Origin: Eledone cirrhosa
Taxonomy: Eukaryota
Assembly (NCBI GenBank): GCA_964016885.1
Contig: OZ024743.1
Span: forward strand, 32,612,001-32,676,000
Length of the DNA: 64,000 bases
Reading direction: 5' to 3'
The notes below the pieces were generated by a model. It was given only the letters and a program-made list of their open reading frames with translations. It had not been told where the DNA came from and did not search any database. How positions within the stretch are numbered: the first letter of the stretch is position 1; every line of letters begins with the position of its first letter. The position numbers and the translations under genes are program-made. Positions 13,144 through 26,896 of this stretch are shown in pieces.

Positions 13144-15224
13144 CACACACACAGAGAGAATATTAAAATAAAATCCTTTAGAGTCTGAATTAATTAATAT
13201 GCATGAAAAGTATATTTTACACAAAGTATGATGGGAATCTCCTGGATAAAGTGGGTTTAGTTAAGAAAATAGATCTAGATTAATAGTATTAAATATTGTT
13301 TCGAAGTAAGGAAATGGAAACTATTTGGGCATGTGGGAGTCATTGAAAATTATGTAGATAAATGTAAAAGGTTAGTGATTATGACAATTAGAACTACAGC
13401 AAGCAATAGAAAACTTTGAAGAAGTTATTTGTGAAAGTCTCAGAAGCAAAATCAATAACAAATGAGATAAGTTAAGGGAAATCTTTAGCTGAAATGTATC
13501 ATTCCTTACAAAACAAAATATTACATGAAATAAAGCTTATTGAGTAAAACCATTACAGGAGAAAGATATCATTAAGAAGTGAATATCAAACATTCAATGT
13601 TAATAAAGAAGAGTTTCTCAAGGGAAATAGGTATATCTCAGAAGAACAAACATTAGAAATAACTTCTAACACTGTGAGAGAATATTTCTATTGTTATTCT
13701 TTGTCAAAGGATATTGAAGTAGATAAATATGCCTTTTATAACTATTGGCAATGAAGCAAAGAGTTCAAACTTTATCCAAAACTTGTAACCTCATGATAAC
13801 ATATCAAAGCTAGTTAAAATATTATAGAGTAATGAGTAAAAATGATAGATTAAAGTTCTTAGAATATGAATGTTATCATCGCTACCACTATTCTATCAAA
13901 GTTTGCATTTGGATTCAAAGACTATAAAATTGATTGTTTTCTTGAAACACATTGATGAATAAATGAACTTATCACTAATTTTAGAGGGTTGTAAATTTGA
14001 TTTTAATTGGTGAATATTTTGAAGAGCTCTGAATCAGCAAAATATTTTGAGGACAAAATGTCACTTAGACATAGCAAAACCACTTCAAGTTAGTCTTCAA
14101 AAAGTTCCAGTTTCTTTCTTAAATTCTTTGTCTCTACAAGTGCCTGAGAGTTAGTAGGTACATGTGTGGGTGTTCTCTTCTTCCTGTTCTGAAAGTTGTT
14201 TATCATTTCGTTAGCCATATTCATTATGGCTAAAAGTTTTACTTGCCCCACCAAATTTTCGTGAAAAACCATTGGAAAAAACTAACAGTTCATAAATCAA
14301 AGAAAATCAAGAACAAAAGAAAAAAGCAGAAACAAAAAAAAAAAAGGAATACAAGAAGCTAGCTTTTGATATTTTATACATACATTGATTTTGGGTTGCT
14401 GACATTTTATTTTAACAAACAGCTTTCGGTAAGTTTCCAGTTTTGAAAACTCTTGAAACAAATGAAGCTGAAGATAAGTAGACACTGCAACCACACCATT
14501 CCCTTAACACATGTACAAACCTGTATCTACATTCACTCACGCATCTATACTTCTGTGTGGTTATACACACATGAACTATACTTACTAGTATTGTATATAT
14601 TTTAATCAATTATTGTTTGGGGGAAAAATATGTTTCTTCATCTGTTATAAATCAATATGTCAAGAAAAATATTTTATCATTTAATGTATGTCTGGAGGGA
14701 TTTGTGAAGTAGTGAGAATAACTATCTTGTCATCATGTTAGTTTTTTATGCAGTCTTCCACTTATGTCTCTATGTACAGTTCTGCAGGTATTAAATATAC
14801 TAGCAGTATGAGTGTTAGTCAAAGCTGATATTTCTGTTAAAATGACCACAGCAAAATTGCATGTTTCTCCTACTATAGAGTTACTTAGTGTTCATGCTGA
14901 AATATTATGCATTTAAGTTTGAGAAGGAGGTGCAGTGCTCATAGATGTTTTATACACTCCTAGAAAGAAAGATGTACTGAACTACCAGCCAAAATTTCTG
15001 TGGTTCATAACCTATCAATTAGCTCTGAAATGTGAATTCTAAATAATTAAGTTTACTTAAGTGTACATTGGAGGAAGGCAGCCCTTCTAAGAGGACAGTC
15101 ACTCCATATAACTGAAACTGCATGGGGTAGACATGGACTCCATAATTCATAGAGCTGTCCAGGAGAGCAGTTACAAGGTAGAGAGGATTCTTCAGTATTG
15201 GTGGCATATGCAGCAATTTGGATT

Positions 15225-15400
15225 GAAGGGAAGGAGAAAGTCAATTAAATCAACCCCAGTCCATTACTGGTGCTGTATTTTATCGACCCCCGTAAGGATG
15301 AAAGGCAAAGCAAACCTTGGTGGGATTCGAACTCAGAACATAAAGGACCATAACTCTGTGCTACAAGGCATGGTGTCTGATGCTCTACCAATACTGCCAA
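15225..15400 (-). mobile_element. tRNA-related SINE (second family)
   Basis: The reverse complement matches 20118-20293 (GGCAGTATTGGTAGAG...CTGAGTTCGAATCCC...TTTGCCTTTCATCCTTACGGGGGTCGATAAAATA). Confidence 0.75.
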
Positions 15401-15674
15401 AATAGTTTTAATTTGGGCACATGAACAGCAGTTTAGTGGAAGGGGAAAAGTCAATTGTATTTACTCAAGGCAAAGTTGACATTGGTTGGATTTGAAATAA
15501 ATGATGCAAACCCTTTTGCCTGACACTCTAATAATTTCCTTAATAATATTAAGAAAGATAGTTTCATAAATCACACAAGACCATAAACAGTTAATTAAAT
15601 TTACCTAATTCTAGAATGTATATTGACTTATGTTATTGTGGCTGGAAGATGAAAAGCAGGACTCAAATACCATG

Positions 15675-16121
15675 TTATGTGATGCGCATGAAAGACGACA
15701 TCTGTATAAAAAAGTGCAGGGCGATCAAAATTGATGGAAGTTATGGAGTAGGTAGACCCAGAAAAACCTGGGACAACATGATAAAATCCGACCTTGCACA
15801 CTTACACCTCTCTAAGACGATGTCACTGGATCGAGATATTTGGCGCTATGCAGTAATACAGAAGACCAACCTTCCCTACATACAAAGTTAACCTACAGTC
15901 CGTAGGCACCTCTTAACCAAATATACACCCCAACCCACTGCCCCTACTCCATCCTCCCACTCCCACCAACACCACCCTTTCTCGTAAAGTTGGTACCACA
16001 GAACATCCGGTTCAAACTAAAGAGGTCATGTAGGTCACCCGATCAATCTTACCTCAAGTGGGACAATTCCCGTCTAACCCATGCTAGCGTAGAAGATAGA
16101 CATTAAATGATGATGATGATG
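15675..16121 (+). mobile_element. RTE LINE 3' fragment related to family A
   Basis: VMRMKDD.CIKKCRAIKIDGSYGVGRPRKTWD, followed by a 3'UTR and a (GAT)n tail. Confidence 0.85.
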
Positions 16122-16269
16122 ATTTTAATCTTTCTGATACAAAACCAATTGAAACTGCTCATGGTTCCATTATACGAAACTGTTTATTATGAAGTATATA
16201 TATATATATTTATATGAAAACATTCCATCATAATTTTATGTAAGAACCTTTGTTATGTTACAAACAAAA

Positions 16270-16748
16270 ACTTAATAATGAAATGATTGTGTACAGTGCT
16301 CAGGTGCACTACAACTCATCAAAGGTGCATGTATAGTACATAGAATAATATCAGGAAAATGAACAGTGTATAAGTCATGATATACATGTGTGCATGTGTA
16401 TGGAGGGGGGATATCCGGTATAGTGTTAGCGAATCTTGGGGAGCATGGAGGTTTTAAAGGATGCAGTGTCTTGGTAGCTAACAACTGATGCAGATAGTTT
16501 GTTCCATGTTTCAGCAACTCTGAGCGTGAAAAAATGTTTCCGAAAGTCATGGGAGTTGTGCTGTTTTCTAACTTTGTAGGCATGCCCACAGGTGTTAGAC
16601 ACATGGAAATCAAAAAGGTACTCAGGGTTGTTGTTGGCAAGATGGTTAATAATTTTGTGGGTGTTTACCAAGTCAGTTGCCAGACGTTGGAGCTTCAATG
16701 TATCCATGCTCAGGGAAGCAAGGCATTCAGTGTATGGTAGATGCCTGA
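16270..16748 (-). mobile_element. CR1-clade LINE 3' fragment
   Basis: ORF 16426-16707 (RLATDLVNTHKII...TCGHAYKV...RKHFFTLRVAETWNKL) matches the conserved CR1 ORF2 C-terminus. Confidence 0.8.
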
Positions 16749-16966
16749 GAAAGTTATATTATTAAATGAGAAAGTTATATTATTAAAATCTCCAAATTCT
16801 TAATTATTTTATATACTCGAATATAAGTCAACCCCCTATTTTATGTCTGAGAAATAGACAAAAGTCCAGATCCCATTTATAAACCAAGGCAGCTAATCAA
16901 CACATTATGGTGTGGTTTTGAAATTCTCATGAGTAGAGAAAATACTTTGATATTTAAATGTTTTAA

Positions 16967-17185
16967 CCCTTTAATGTTCAAACCGGCCAAAACCGGCCAG
17001 AATTCTCTACCTCTTTCTGTTGAAACTGGCTGTAACTGGTCACTCAAACTGATGTTAAGGTATTGTTCTCAAAATAAATACTTTCAAAATCTCATAGATT
17101 CGATATTATGTAAGATATTATGAGGTAAAGCCTTTACCATGAAAATATAATAGTATATATATAGAGTAATGTGAATACTAAAGGG
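16967..17185. mobile_element. piggyBac-type MITE nested in the Tc2-like element
   Basis: TTAA-CCCTTTA...TAAAGGG-TTAA. The internal sequence matches 3023-3242. Confidence 0.85.
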
Positions 17186-17699
17186 TTAAGTGTTGTTTAG
17201 AGTATAGTTTTTTTCCACAAATCCACTATGCAATGGAAATATATTTTAATATATTAGTTTAAGGTATTATTTTTAAAAAAATTATTTTCTTTAACTGTTA
17301 TGGAGATTATTAAAAACACTAGGGGGAGATTGAAATGAATAGAGAATAGTTGAAAGAGATCAACTAAGAAAACATTGTATAAGGATTGAGAGTAGAAGGG
17401 TGAGGAAGAGACAGCAAGTGAGAGAGAGGAGAGGCAGAGTGAGAAAATGAGAATGGAGAGAGAGAGCAATCAAAATAAAACAAAACAAGATTGAAAGAAA
17501 AAGCATAATTAAGTTACAGAGAAAAACAGTTGGAGTACATGTGTTTATATGTGCATGAGTATGTGGGTATGCATATATGTCTAAGGGATATTTATGTATT
17601 AAAATGTTCAAATAATATAAATGTGTTGGGAATGTTCTCAAGGAAAGGCATAAATAAAATTTATGAAGATATAGTAAATGTAGAAAAACAGTGTTTCAT

Positions 17700-18165
17700 G
17701 ATGAAATAATCACTCCAGCTTAGTCATCTTGGCCACAAACCCTGTTACTGCAGCTCGCAATACAGAGGACAGGAAGACAAGCAAATACTTGAGCTTGTCC
17801 AGCCATTCCTCTTTGCACCAGTCACCATTGAGACCTCAGGTATTATCGAACCCCAGACAGCTGACCTCCTCCGTAAAATTCTATCATTAACAGCCCATCT
17901 GAGGAAGGAGCATTATGAGATGGGGTGGCTGTTGCAGCAGGTGTCACTGGCCATATTCCATGGAAATGCCTTCACCATTTTATCCATAGAAACACTGCTC
18001 TGACCAAGGTGTAGCATCTGTCACCCTTTCCCCTCCCCCTTTCTTCCTTTGTCTAGTAGTCCTTGCTCTTCCCCTCCTTTTCCTCTTGTTTATGGCATTT
18101 ATAGTCCTTTCCAATACTGCTCTCTTTTTCTGTATGTCTATATAACTCTACTTTTAACACCTTAT
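17700..18165 (+). mobile_element. CRE-like (RLE-type) non-LTR retrotransposon 3' fragment
   Basis: My translation FLFAPVTIETSGIIEPQTADLL...WLLQQVSLAIFHGNA (stop at 18001-18003) fits the CRE C-terminal pattern F.P..ET.G...Q..S.AI..GNA. The segment is absent from the 25532-26432 copy of the host element. Confidence 0.7.
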
Positions 18166-18429
18166 TTACATAGAATTTGAAATTTGTGGAAATTGTCAAA
18201 ATATTGACCCCTTATTTTACCATCATTTTCTCGTCACATATTCTTTGACTTATATTCAAATATATACAGTATTTTCAGAATTATTTAAAAAAACACACAA
18301 GTAGTCTCTTTCATTAGAAATATGGCAACAAAAGAGTTAGTCATTTTCCCCTACTAAAGAAAGCAATAACTTTACATGCTTCACAGAAGATTTCATGGCT
18401 AGGTGTCTTTCTGGTGCCAAATTATTTAA

Positions 18430-18598
18430 CCCTTTAGCATTTACATTACTCTATATATACTATTGTATTTTTATGGTAAAGGCTTTACCTTGCATAATTA
18501 TCTCACATAATATTGAATCTACAAGATTTTGATGTTATTTATTTTGAGAACAATACCTTAACATCAGTATGAGCGGCCAGTTATGGCCATTTTGAACA
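18430..18598. mobile_element. Truncated piggyBac-type MITE in reverse orientation
   Basis: Begins TTAA-CCCTTTAGCATTTACA and matches the reverse complement of the right half of 3023-3242. Confidence 0.75.
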
Positions 18599-19988
18599 TT
18601 TACAACATTCAGGGATACGTTATACCTATTCTACACAAAATAAGCATATAACATAGAGAAGAGTACAAAATACTGCGAGGATTAACTTTCTACTTATTTT
18701 GCCATACCATCACCTGAAAACCACTATTACCACCATCAACACCACTACCCTTACTACTACTACTACTACTACTACTACTACGTATGTGCACTTTTATAAG
18801 TGAAACTTTAAATTATATAACAGTAATTTAACTTTTATTTCTCAATGAAAATCGTTAATATATTATTTTGTGGGACATACATCTATAAATACACATATAC
18901 ACATGTACATACATATATGTATACATATATACATACATATATATTATGGGGTATATATATAGAGAGATGATGTAGCTATGTTGTTTGTAAAAGAGGAAAA
19001 AAAGGAAGAAAGAAAAGAAAAATGGAGAAAAAATAACTGTTTTAATATAGAGAGAATGTGACACCTGCAGGCAGTTTGAAAATGCATTGACTGAAAGCAA
19101 AATTATTGATCTATGACAAGTCATCATCTCAAAAGTCCAAAAGCAAGACCTTCATATCGATTTTGTATTATATTTAGCCCGTTTCTGATTTTCTTCCCTA
19201 AAAAATAAATTGAAATAAAATAAAACAAAATACACGTTTTTACCATGGTTCGATTCATTCACTCAGAAACATTGTTGAAAGGTAATTTTGCTTCTTATAT
19301 ACTCTATTTAATTTATTGTTTTAGTGGGTTTTCTAGTAGAATGGTCTTTTATTGCTTTCTCATATATCTTCTTCTAGTTTTATTATTTTATAAATTTTCA
19401 CCAATAGAAAGTGAGAGTCAGTTTCTAACATAGAAACAAGACTCTTTCATTTGAATTTAGACATTAACTAGGTAAATACGTACGTCTATGTGTTTGAATT
19501 TGTGTGTGCAGGTATGAGTATTATTACATGTGTAGATCTGTATGTTTTGAGTTATGTGTGTACATGTACATATATTTTAGTATCTATACATGTGTGTATG
19601 CAGTTATTACATGCTGAATTTCTGAAATGTTCATTAATGAAGCTGTAAAAATATTTAAATTTCCTAATTAGCCATGCCATGCCCGATTCTGTGAAGCCCA
19701 ACTTGTCAAGATTTACACTGGGGCAGTTAGTAATATATCCATGATCCCCAGTTATCATAGGTAGGAATCTAAAAGTATAGTCAGGGTAGAGTATCTGCAG
19801 ATTTCTCATTATTTCAGTATAAATATTCTCTTTTTGCTAATCTTTAGTACTATATTGACATCTGTTGGGCAGTTGATTTCCACTACTGTGTATGCTTTCT
19901 TTTCTCTGTCTATATCATTATATCTGGTCTGTTTTGTTTTTATTTTATTGGGGTTTTGACTGGAACATTCCAACATTATGTATGCCCT

Positions 19989-20293
19989 TTGCAAGAAGGG
20001 AAGCAGAGGAAAGAAAGTTCAAGCATGTTCTACAACATGAGGACCAAAAACGTGAGGTGTTCAGGATTGCTAGGCCAATGTGTCAAGGAAAACCATGATA
20101 TTGTCGGGGAGATGTATTGGCAGTATCGGTAGAGGGTCGGACGCCATGCTTTGACGCATAGAGTTACAGTCCTTGCCATTCTGAGTTCAAATCCCGCCGA
20201 GGTTAACTTTGCCTTTCATCCTTACGGGGTCGATAAAATAAAGTACCAGTAATGCACTGGGTAATTACTGGCCTTGTGCTAAAAGTAGAAACA
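19989..20293 (+). mobile_element. Chimeric insertion (RTE ORF fragment fused to a SINE) with a 14-bp TSD
   Basis: 19990-20112 matches RTE 51350-51470 (ARREAEERKFKHVLQ) and 20118-20293 is a SINE. ATTATGTATGCCCT flanks both sides (19975-19988, 20294-20307). Confidence 0.75.
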
Positions 20294-20447
20294 ATTATGT
20301 ATGCCCTCCACATCACTATAACTTTATTGGGGTTTTGACTGGAACATTCCAACATTATGTATGCCCTCCACATCACTATAACTTTATTGGGGTTTTGACT
20401 GGAACATTCCAACATTATGTATGCCCTCCACATCACTGTAACTTTTT
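20294..20447. repeat. 60-bp tandem repeat, about 2.5 copies
   Basis: Unit ATTATGTATGCCCTCCACATCACTATAACTTTATTGGGGTTTTGACTGGAACATTCCAAC. Confidence 0.9.
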
Positions 20448-21345
20448 ATACATTTAGTCTCAGGGTTATCCTTTTTACGGATTGTATTATAAATTATTTT
20501 GGCCACTAAATAATGCCTGGTAGGTAGATAGCATTGTGATGATATCTTTGGACAGTTGCATATGATGTGGGTAACATCTTCAATATATATTCCAAAGTCT
20601 GCATCTGTTGTCACATCTAGGTGGTTTGCTTGCATCCCTATCTCTTTTGGGCATTAGGTATTTCGATATTTCCTTTTATTGGATTGCAGAAAAATATCCT
20701 TCAAAGAAAGAACCAATATATCAGTTGTTGGTCCAAGATAGACTGCTTTGCTATTTTATATTACCCTCACTTTGAAGCTTTCAGGTAACATAGCCATGCA
20801 TGAATTTTTGCAGATAAGCCTGCAGCTTTTCATCCATGGATTCATTGCAGTATTGCTGTGTGATTTCCTTGTGTGTGAGCTTTTGGTTATCATGCAGGGA
20901 GTATTTCCCAAAGAGCTCCTTCCCAACTCTCATGATGTTATCTGCTTCATATAGAGAGACTTACTTTATACAAGGACTTCTGTGCTTGGTGTTTTGTAGC
21001 TGTTGTGACACTTAAATGATGTTTGATTTGATCTTAAGCCTCTGCCACCCTGTTTACATTTCAGATAGAGGCAGTCAATGTTACTGTTGATGTGTAAATT
21101 TCCAGTGCCAGTTAGAACTTTTGAAGTTTTAACATCAATAGCTTGGATCTCATCTAGCATCTAGTCAAGCAGTTCACATTGTGGGCTACTGATTTATTGT
21201 GTGCAGAGAGCTCAAAAGACAATATTTCTTATTCAGATGTTATATTTACTGGTTACTCATTCCTTGTTACAAATGTATGCATGTAGGTATGCAATTCCTT
21301 ACCTTTATATATATTTATATATATAAAGGTATATATATACGTATG

Positions 21346-23540
21346 ACATAGATAATAACTGGAATTTCTTACATGACAACTTACTGCAGGCTACTGATGA
21401 AACTTGTGGCTGGAGCAGAGCTCCAACCAGATGGAGAGTGACCTGGTGGTGGAACAGCACAGTAGATAAGGCCATTAGAGACAAAAGACTAGCATGGAAG
21501 GCTTGGAAAAAGGGTGGGAGCAGGGAAGAATATACAGCCGCTAAGAGAGAAGCTAGACGTCAGGTGTACTTAGCACACAGGGAGGCTGAGAGTAGGAGGT
21601 TTGCCAATGTTCTGCGATGGGAAGATCAGAAGCGTGCAGTGTTCCATATTGCAAGGCAGTATGTCAATGCAAATCAGGATGTTGTTGGAGATAAATGTGT
21701 CCGGAACGATGCCGGTGTACTTAGTGTCACGAATGATCAGAAAAAGGAGGCCTGGAAATGTCATTTTGAGAGACTGATGAATGTGGAGAACGAATGGGAG
21801 AGAGAGAAATTACCCTCAGTAGATCCGACAGAGGGACCAGCTATTGAGATTGACGAATATAGGGTACAAGAGGCGATTAAGGAAATGAAAAATGGTAAGG
21901 CTGCTGGACCATCAGGAATAGTTGCTGAGATGCTGAAGGCATCAGGGGACGTAAGCACTAAGCTGGTTGCATGCATCATCAATCAGGCTATATATGGTGG
22001 TGTCATACCCAAAGACTGGTGCAGCAGTATTCTCATAAATTGCTACAAAGGTAAAGGGGATGCTCTGTAGAGGAGCAATTATAGGGGTATAAAACTGATG
22101 GATCAGGTGATGAAAGTGGCAGAAAGGATATTAGTTCAACTAATTAGAGAAAGGGTCAAACTAGATGAGATGCAGTTTGGTTTTGTGCCTGGGAAGAGTA
22201 CAACAGATGCCCTCTTCTTGGTGAGACAATTGCAAGAGAGGTTCTTAGAGAAAAATAAGCCACTATACTCAGCCTTTGTTGACCTAGAGAAGGCCTTTGA
22301 TAGGGTACCCCGATCTGTCATCTGGTGGTCCCTAAGGAAACTAGGTGTTGATTAATGGCTTGTGAGGACAGTGCAAACTTTGTACAGAGGTACTGACAGT
22401 AAAGTCAGGGTAGGAATGGAGTTAAGTGAGGAATTCCAGATACAAGTAGGAGTACATCAAGGTTCGGTCCTCAGCCCGCTCGTGTTCATTATAGTCCTCC
22501 AAACCATAACATAGGAATTTAAGAGTGGCTATCCATGGGAACTTCTCTATGCTGACGATCTGGTTCTTTTAGCAGAATCAGTAGAGGAGCTAGAGAATAA
22601 ATTCTGGCTATGGAAACAGCAGTTGGAAGCAAGAGGACTGAGAGTGAACTTAGCTAAGACAAAAGTGTTGATGAGTAGAAAAGAGGACAAAACTCTGATT
22701 CCATCAGGGAAATGGCCATGTTCGATATGCAGAAAAGGAACTGGCATAAATTCTATGAAATGCACGCAATGCAGATCCTGGGTACACAAGAGATGTAGCA
22801 GGATAGCAAGCAAACTAACAGGTAGGGTCAAATATGTATGCAGTAGATGTACAGGGAAATTAGACAGTAGAAGTCGCATTGATAGACACATTTTTCAAAT
22901 GCAGGAGGGTGCTATAGAAGTGGTGGATAGCTTCCAGTACCTAGGAGATCAGATTAGCATGGGAGGGGGTGTTCCGAGGCCATAGTATCTAGAATAAGGA
23001 CGGGTTGGAAGAAGTTTAGAGAGCTGCTTCCTCTGCTGACAAAGAAGGGTTTCTCCCTTCGTACGAAAGGCCGGTTATATGATGCCTGTGTGAGGAGCGC
23101 GATGTTGCATGGTAGTGAGACATGGGCAGCAACTGCAGAGGATATGCGACGGCTGGAGAGAAATGAGGCAAGCATGCTCCTTTGGATGTGCAGTGTCAAT
23201 GTGCGTGAACTCCCAGCATGAATGTGTTGAGAGAGAAACTGTGTCTGAGAGGGATAAAATGTAGTGTATGGGAGAGGAGACTGTGGTGGTATGGACATGT
23301 GATGCGCATGGAGGATGACCGATGGGTGAAGAAGTGCCAGGAAATGCCAGTTGAAGGAAGACGTGGTAGAGGTAGACCATGAAAAACATGGGCGGAGGTG
23401 GTGGGAACAGACCTCAGATCGTTGAAGCTCACGGTGGAGATGATGAAGGACCGTGACAAGTGGAGAGATGCTGTGCTGAATAAGACCCGTCCTACCCTTG
23501 CAAACAGGGAAGAGCAGACGTAAAATGATGATGATGATGA
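21346..23540 (+). pseudogene. 5'-truncated, degenerate RTE LINE (family B)
   Basis: Collinear with the intact RTE ORF (TWWWN, KAAGPSG, QFGF, FVDLEKAFDRV, YADD, PHD-like finger, LHGSETW), with several premature stops and frameshifts. It has almost no 3'UTR and ends in a (GAT)n tail. Confidence 0.92.
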
Positions 23541-24129
23541 TATATATATATATATATGAGAGAAAGAGAGAGACAGACCTATATTTCATTTTTTTAATTT
23601 TTAAAGGTACTATTTAGGTCACCTGTATATATATATATATATATAGTGATATCTTTTGAGATTCTTCATGAAATTGATAGTTACACAACAATTACTTCTA
23701 AGATACTATGTGTTTAGTATCAGGTAACTTAGTACTGTAACCCTTTGTTAGTTCCCTATAATTTGGTTTCTCATTCAGCACAGACAAAACGATAACTTTC
23801 ATATTTGTTTCCAGCTGTATTGATTGATATTTTAAAAATAGAATGACAGTAAATAATACAGTACTTTGCAATTCTATCCCATATTTTGTGTTCAAGTACT
23901 GATGGAAGTCTTTCATCTCTCCATGGTAGATAAAATAATCTTACATTAATGTACTGGTTATCACCTATTTAAATGTAAACTGTGAGCCTCTCTTGAAAAT
24001 CTTCTGCTCTAGTGCCAAATTTATTTTAAGAAATATATTGCATGTAATAAATTATAGGATAGTTTTTTACTATATAGGATAAATGTAATTTAGGTAATAG
24101 AGATGTGGTCGATTGCTTTTGGGGTATAA

Positions 24130-24760
24130 CCGTCCGGACTGTACCAGCTCCAGTAATGGATGAATTTGTTGGGGAACCAGGTATTGACGATACACAGAAT
24201 GTTTTAATGGCAGAGGAGCAGCAGGTTATCTCTGTTGTTATTGGTGGATGGGTCAGCAAAGGTTGTGCCAATGGGCTGAGTCTGCAATAGGTCGGTTGGA
24301 GGGAGCCTGGTGAAAGAGATGGTGGTGTTGGCATCTGTCAGGATGATTGTGATGTTATAGGATGGGATTTGTCCCAAGATCTGTTGAAACTGGTTGTTGA
24401 AGTTGTCTTTGACAGTGTCCTCTGCGACATCTGTAGGGGCACAAGCAACGATGATAGTCATCATCCCGTGCTGGTGGAGAAAATGGGCGGACAGCATATG
24501 GTCATTCACCAGGTTCCAGCTGTTGAGTGACTTATGGATGTGCTTGGGAATGATCAGTGCCACACTGCACAGGCCCATCCTATCCTCAGGGCCACTTCAA
24601 ATGAGGCAGTGGTCTCCTGTGTACGTCTTTGTTATGGCAAGGAGGCTTATGTGTTCCATAAATATGAGAGAGAGCATTACCATCTGGAACTTTGCTTCTG
24701 GTAGGGCCACCCTAGGTGGGCCAGTCTCCCCAGGAGCTTCCAGGCCAACAGTGACCTGCA
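24130..24760 (-). mobile_element. Decayed LINE APE-endonuclease fragment (RTE-like)
   Basis: TIIVACAPTDVAEDTVKDNFNNQFQQILGQIPSYNITIILTDAN matches the YAPT...K..FY..L...GDFN pattern of the APE domain. Confidence 0.65.
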
Positions 24761-25531
24761 GTGTGTTGGCTCGCTGCCAAGATGGCAGCCCCATCATCCA
24801 ACTATTCTGTAGAGGACCAACAACCCACCCAGAAGAATACAAATATGTTACAAAAACAACCAGAAATAACCATACTGCCCAACATTGGAAAAGACCTCTG
24901 CATGCCCCCAACAAAAAAAAAAAAAAATCAATTAATCTACTATTTTAAAATATGGTTGCCACAATGCAGTTGACTTTCATAATAGTTGCTAACTATAAAC
25001 AGTAGTTGAAAAGGTTAGGTAAAGTAGTCTTGGAGATGGACGAAAATGAGCAGACACTTGTAGGAATTGAACCACCATTTCTAATTCCCCAATGTTTCCT
25101 TAGTTAACAAAATGTTCACTATACTATGTTTCAATAATTTTATTCTCAATTTGTCTTCGAATGTACTCTCATATATCCATTTGGACTCGGATCTATATGG
25201 CTTATGTAGGGTTTCCATAATTTTCATCACTATGCCTCAGTTCAATTATTGTGTAGCCTCGACAGCTTTGACCAAGCAAGCCTATGCAACACAAACAGTT
25301 GGTTTATTTAGTGGCTGCAATTCTCTTATTCGTTGCTTCAGATATATCATAGCTTTACCTACTTTAGGATAATATTATATATTTGGACCAGAAGTAGTTT
25401 GTGTGTGTAGCCTGTGGTGTGTGATGAATGTGCTGCGATACTTTAGGTATGCTACATTTCTTCCAGTTTGGTTTGTTTTTGTATACTTGTAGGTTCTAAC
25501 AGTTGTTACATCAGAAGCTTGTAGGACTTAT

Positions 25532-26432
25532 CATATATACTCAAATATAAGCAAAAGAATATGTGACCAAAAAGTCGATGGTAAAATGTGTGGGCGAAGG
25601 GGGAGGCTTATATTTGGCGTCAGTATTTTGACAATTTTCACAAACTTCAAATTCTATGTAAACACTGTTTTACTACATTTACTATATCGTCAGGATATTT
25701 ATTTATGCATTGCCTTGAGAACATTCCCAACAAATGTTTATTGCTTGAACTTTTTCGCACATAAATACATATATACACGTGCACTGACTTAATTATACTT
25801 TTGGTTTCAATCTTGTTTTGTTTTATTTCACTCACACACTTTCTCTCCCTTCTCTCACTTTCTCTTTTTCTTGTTCCGTCCCTCCTCTCTCTCACTTGCT
25901 GTCTCTTCCTCACCCTTCTACTCTCAATCCTTATACAATGTTCTCTTAGTTGATCTCTTTCAACTATTCCCTATACATTTCGATCTCCCCTAGTGTTTTT
26001 AATGAACTTCAGAATAGCTAAAGAAAATCTTTTTTTTTTTTTAAATGATACCTTAAACTAAAAATATATCTCTATTTTTTAATATTATATTAATTTAGAA
26101 TCTTTTCATGCATGCTTTTTTTTTATTTTCTAACTATAAAGAAATAAAATTTTCTAAAAATAATGTGTCTTGATTTTACTTGGGAATTATGTACATAATG
26201 GATTTGTGAAACAAAAACTACACTTTAAACAACACTTAAAACATTTCAAATATCACAATATCAAAACTTCATGAATATTTTCTCCACTCATAAGAATTTC
26301 AAAACCTCACCATAATGTGTTGTTTATTTGTATCGGCTTATAAATGCAGTTTGGATTATTTGCCCATTTCTCAAACATAAAATAGTGTGTTGGCTTATAT
26401 TCAAATCATATATTCGAGTATATATACACAGT
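25532..26432. mobile_element. Non-autonomous Tc2/pogo-like DNA element, uninterrupted copy
   Basis: Terminal inverted motifs ATATACTCAAATATAAGC and GCTTATATT...TATTCGAGTATAT. Reverse-complement homologue of 16810-18270. Confidence 0.7.
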
Positions 26433-26896
26433 AAACATGGTTGGTGTTAGGAAGGGCATTCAGCTGTAAAAAAAACCCAGCCAAAATAGAGTTCCATTTG
26501 GGCAAGCTGTGCTGTGGCCAACTGGCCAGACTTATCTCATAACATGAACTTGTCTAACCCATACAATTGTGGGGAAATAGTTGTTAAACAATGATGGTAC
26601 CGATAATGATATGGTATGATTATAAATGGAATAAAATAAATGGAAATATATAGAAATAGTGCAGAAATATATATAAGTATATATATATATTTCGTTTCTG
26701 AATTTGTTTAGCAAGATTCTTTATCTGAAAACGTGTGTTGAAACCGATATTGTTATACTTTGGGAGGGTCATGTTGCCAATAAGAAACACACGCACCAGT
26801 TGCTTTCACTTCAATTTATTATAATAAATTTATAAATTTAGGAATTTATAAATTTCCGGTTGGTTGGTTCCACAACCAGATGATTGTTTATATATT

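Larger units (their letters stand above)
16810..18270. mobile_element. Non-autonomous Tc2/pogo-like DNA element carrying two nested insertions
   Basis: Ends TATACTCGAATATAAGTCA and TGACTTATATTCAAATATATACAGTA. Collinear in reverse orientation with the uninterrupted copy at 25532-26432. Confidence 0.7.
19560..21290 (-). mobile_element. Degenerate R4/Dong-like LINE (post-RT region, CCHC knuckle, restriction-like endonuclease)
   Basis: Fragments read LHINSNIDCLYLKCKQGGRGLRS, EDVTHIICNCPKI..YLPTRH..VAKIIY, VVEINCPTDVNI and LQILYPDYTFRFLPMITG. Many frameshifts and stops. Confidence 0.75.

Noticed and set aside
14090-14282. Possible minus-strand terminal exon (VFHENLVGQ...LELFED*)
   Set aside because: It is short, has no recognisable domain, and no supporting exons were found.
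20294-20447. CRISPR-like array
   Set aside because: It is a contiguous tandem duplication without unique spacers, in a eukaryotic context with no cas genes.
25040-25525. Possible additional decayed LINE or transposase relic (also 13200-14000)
   Set aside because: The composition is suggestive, but I could not read any diagnostic motif with confidence.
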